This document shows positions 62,662 to 64,000 of a stretch of DNA of 64,000 nt, piece after piece. Source of the DNA: Aplysia californica (lineage: Eukaryota); assembly GCF_000002075.1 (NCBI RefSeq), contig NW_004797440.1, positions 1,150,185 to 1,214,184 on the forward strand, read 5' to 3'. Made by a program: the position numbers and the translations under genes. Positions within the stretch are counted from its first letter, which is position 1; every line of letters starts with the position of its first letter. The notes beneath the pieces are model-generated. The model made no database searches. It was not told where the DNA came from and saw only the letters and a list, made by a program, of their open reading frames with translations.

Positions 62662-64000
62662 GTGAGGAGACAAAAATCATTTTCGTTCATGTCATAAATC
62701 ATATCCTTTTTGTCATACTCCTCACATCTGCTATTTTCCACTTAATCTGTGTGGTACTTGGGAAACATGAGATGGAAGTTCACAGACTTACATCTCATCT
62801 GATTAAAGGTTTTATTATCCTTTCATTGGCCAGCCTATTTTTATCTATTATGTTACATGATCTCTCACCTCTCAAACACTGAGCGTTATGTGTTACATTT
62901 TCATAGGATACTCTATACTCAAGGTTTCCCTTTGCGTGTGTTAGTCCATTAAACTTATTGACCAAATAATGGCCCTTCTGACGTATTGTAACATCTCTTC
63001 TGTCCATCGGATTTTTGCTCTTTTAACCAAATTTAGCTTGGAATCGGAGGAGAATAAATCCACAAGTAGCAGTTATCTTTTCAAAGTTTGCACACAAACT
63101 ATCGATCAAATGTCTTTACATATGTGAAAGCACAAATCAGCTTAAAACTGTGCAGTTGTGTTATAAATGAAGAAAGACACACTTATAGAATCAAGACTGA
63201 AAATAAGGTTGAACCGAGTTCCTGCTTCCCAATAAAGCACAGAGAGAGAGAGAGAGAGAGAGAGTAACAAAGATAAATAGAGGGAATTGACGTGGTTAAT
63301 TAATTGCATTAGTTCTTGGATTATGTCCCATCTGCTGCAGTAATTTTAGAATGATGTGAAATCATATAACATAAAAACAAGTTTGTGAGAAGAGCTAAAT
63401 GGAGATACACTTCTTGTTTGTGCAGTAAATGTTAAAAAGTCAAAGCTATGGTATCAAATCTCAGTTTTCAAGTCCAATATTTGGATGTACGCTTTAGAAT
63501 GCATAAACTCTTTAAAAAAGGATAGATCTCCGTAGAAAAGGCAGGATAACTGGAAGATAAGGTTGTAGGAGTTGGGAGTCTCTTTGGCAAGACTTAAACT
63601 GTGCCATGACTGTGTATTTAAAAACACAGACTATGCTTGAACTAAAGTGAGAGAAACAGTGTAAGAAGCTGACTGTGGAATGTGTTTCACCTTTCTAGAT
63701 TCAGCAGTTCTAGTTTCGGCCAAACTTTAAAAATGGCGTTTGTCAGATTTTTTTCGTCAAACTGTAAATTTATTTCACTATGTGTGGGATGCTATTTTTC
63801 AGAGTTAATGTACAAAGAACGTGAGCAAGGATTGTTCTAAGAAAAATTCTGCTGCAGAAACAAAACAAAATGTCTTCTCTGTATGTGTGTGGTGATGTGT
63901 TTGTGTGTGTGTGTGAGTGTGTGTTCAGGAGAGGTTATATGTTAACATATCCTGTTTATGCAATCTTAGGTAATAGTTACAAGTGAAGCATGACAGAAGG

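Noticed and set aside
62274-62882. 202-aa ORF as one protein
   Set aside because: Only 62502-62661 is a SERAC1 exon; the rest is a family C repeat and intron.

Overview
Eukaryotic, AT-rich, microsatellite- and SINE-rich animal DNA with six assembly gaps. The SINE types suggest an invertebrate, probably a gastropod mollusc (inference). Six intron-containing protein genes were rebuilt by eye from GT/AG sites with consistent exon phases. (1) The 5' part of an LRRC74-like LRR gene (-). (2) Inside its first coding intron, on the opposite strand, a ~1381-aa protein made of a ~1255-aa low-complexity region fused to a C-terminal profilin-4-like domain. (3, 4) Two adjacent orphan single-pass membrane genes sharing an acidic-TM-'LCFxPL' signature. 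(5) A complete 7-exon HSPA13 (-). (6) The 5' half of SERAC1 (+), head-to-head with HSPA13. HSPA13 intron 1 holds a 7-kb nest of transposons. The outer element is P-like (8-bp TSD, THAP exon). It contains a decayed RAG1-N-terminus/Chapaev-like element, a SINE and a Mutator-like element, and the latter in turn carries a 7-bp-TSD MITE and a 29-bp apparent P-type excision footprint. Several SINE, MITE and LINE relics fill the introns. No intact tRNA, rRNA or CRISPR array was seen. All homology calls are from remembered motifs, not database searches.
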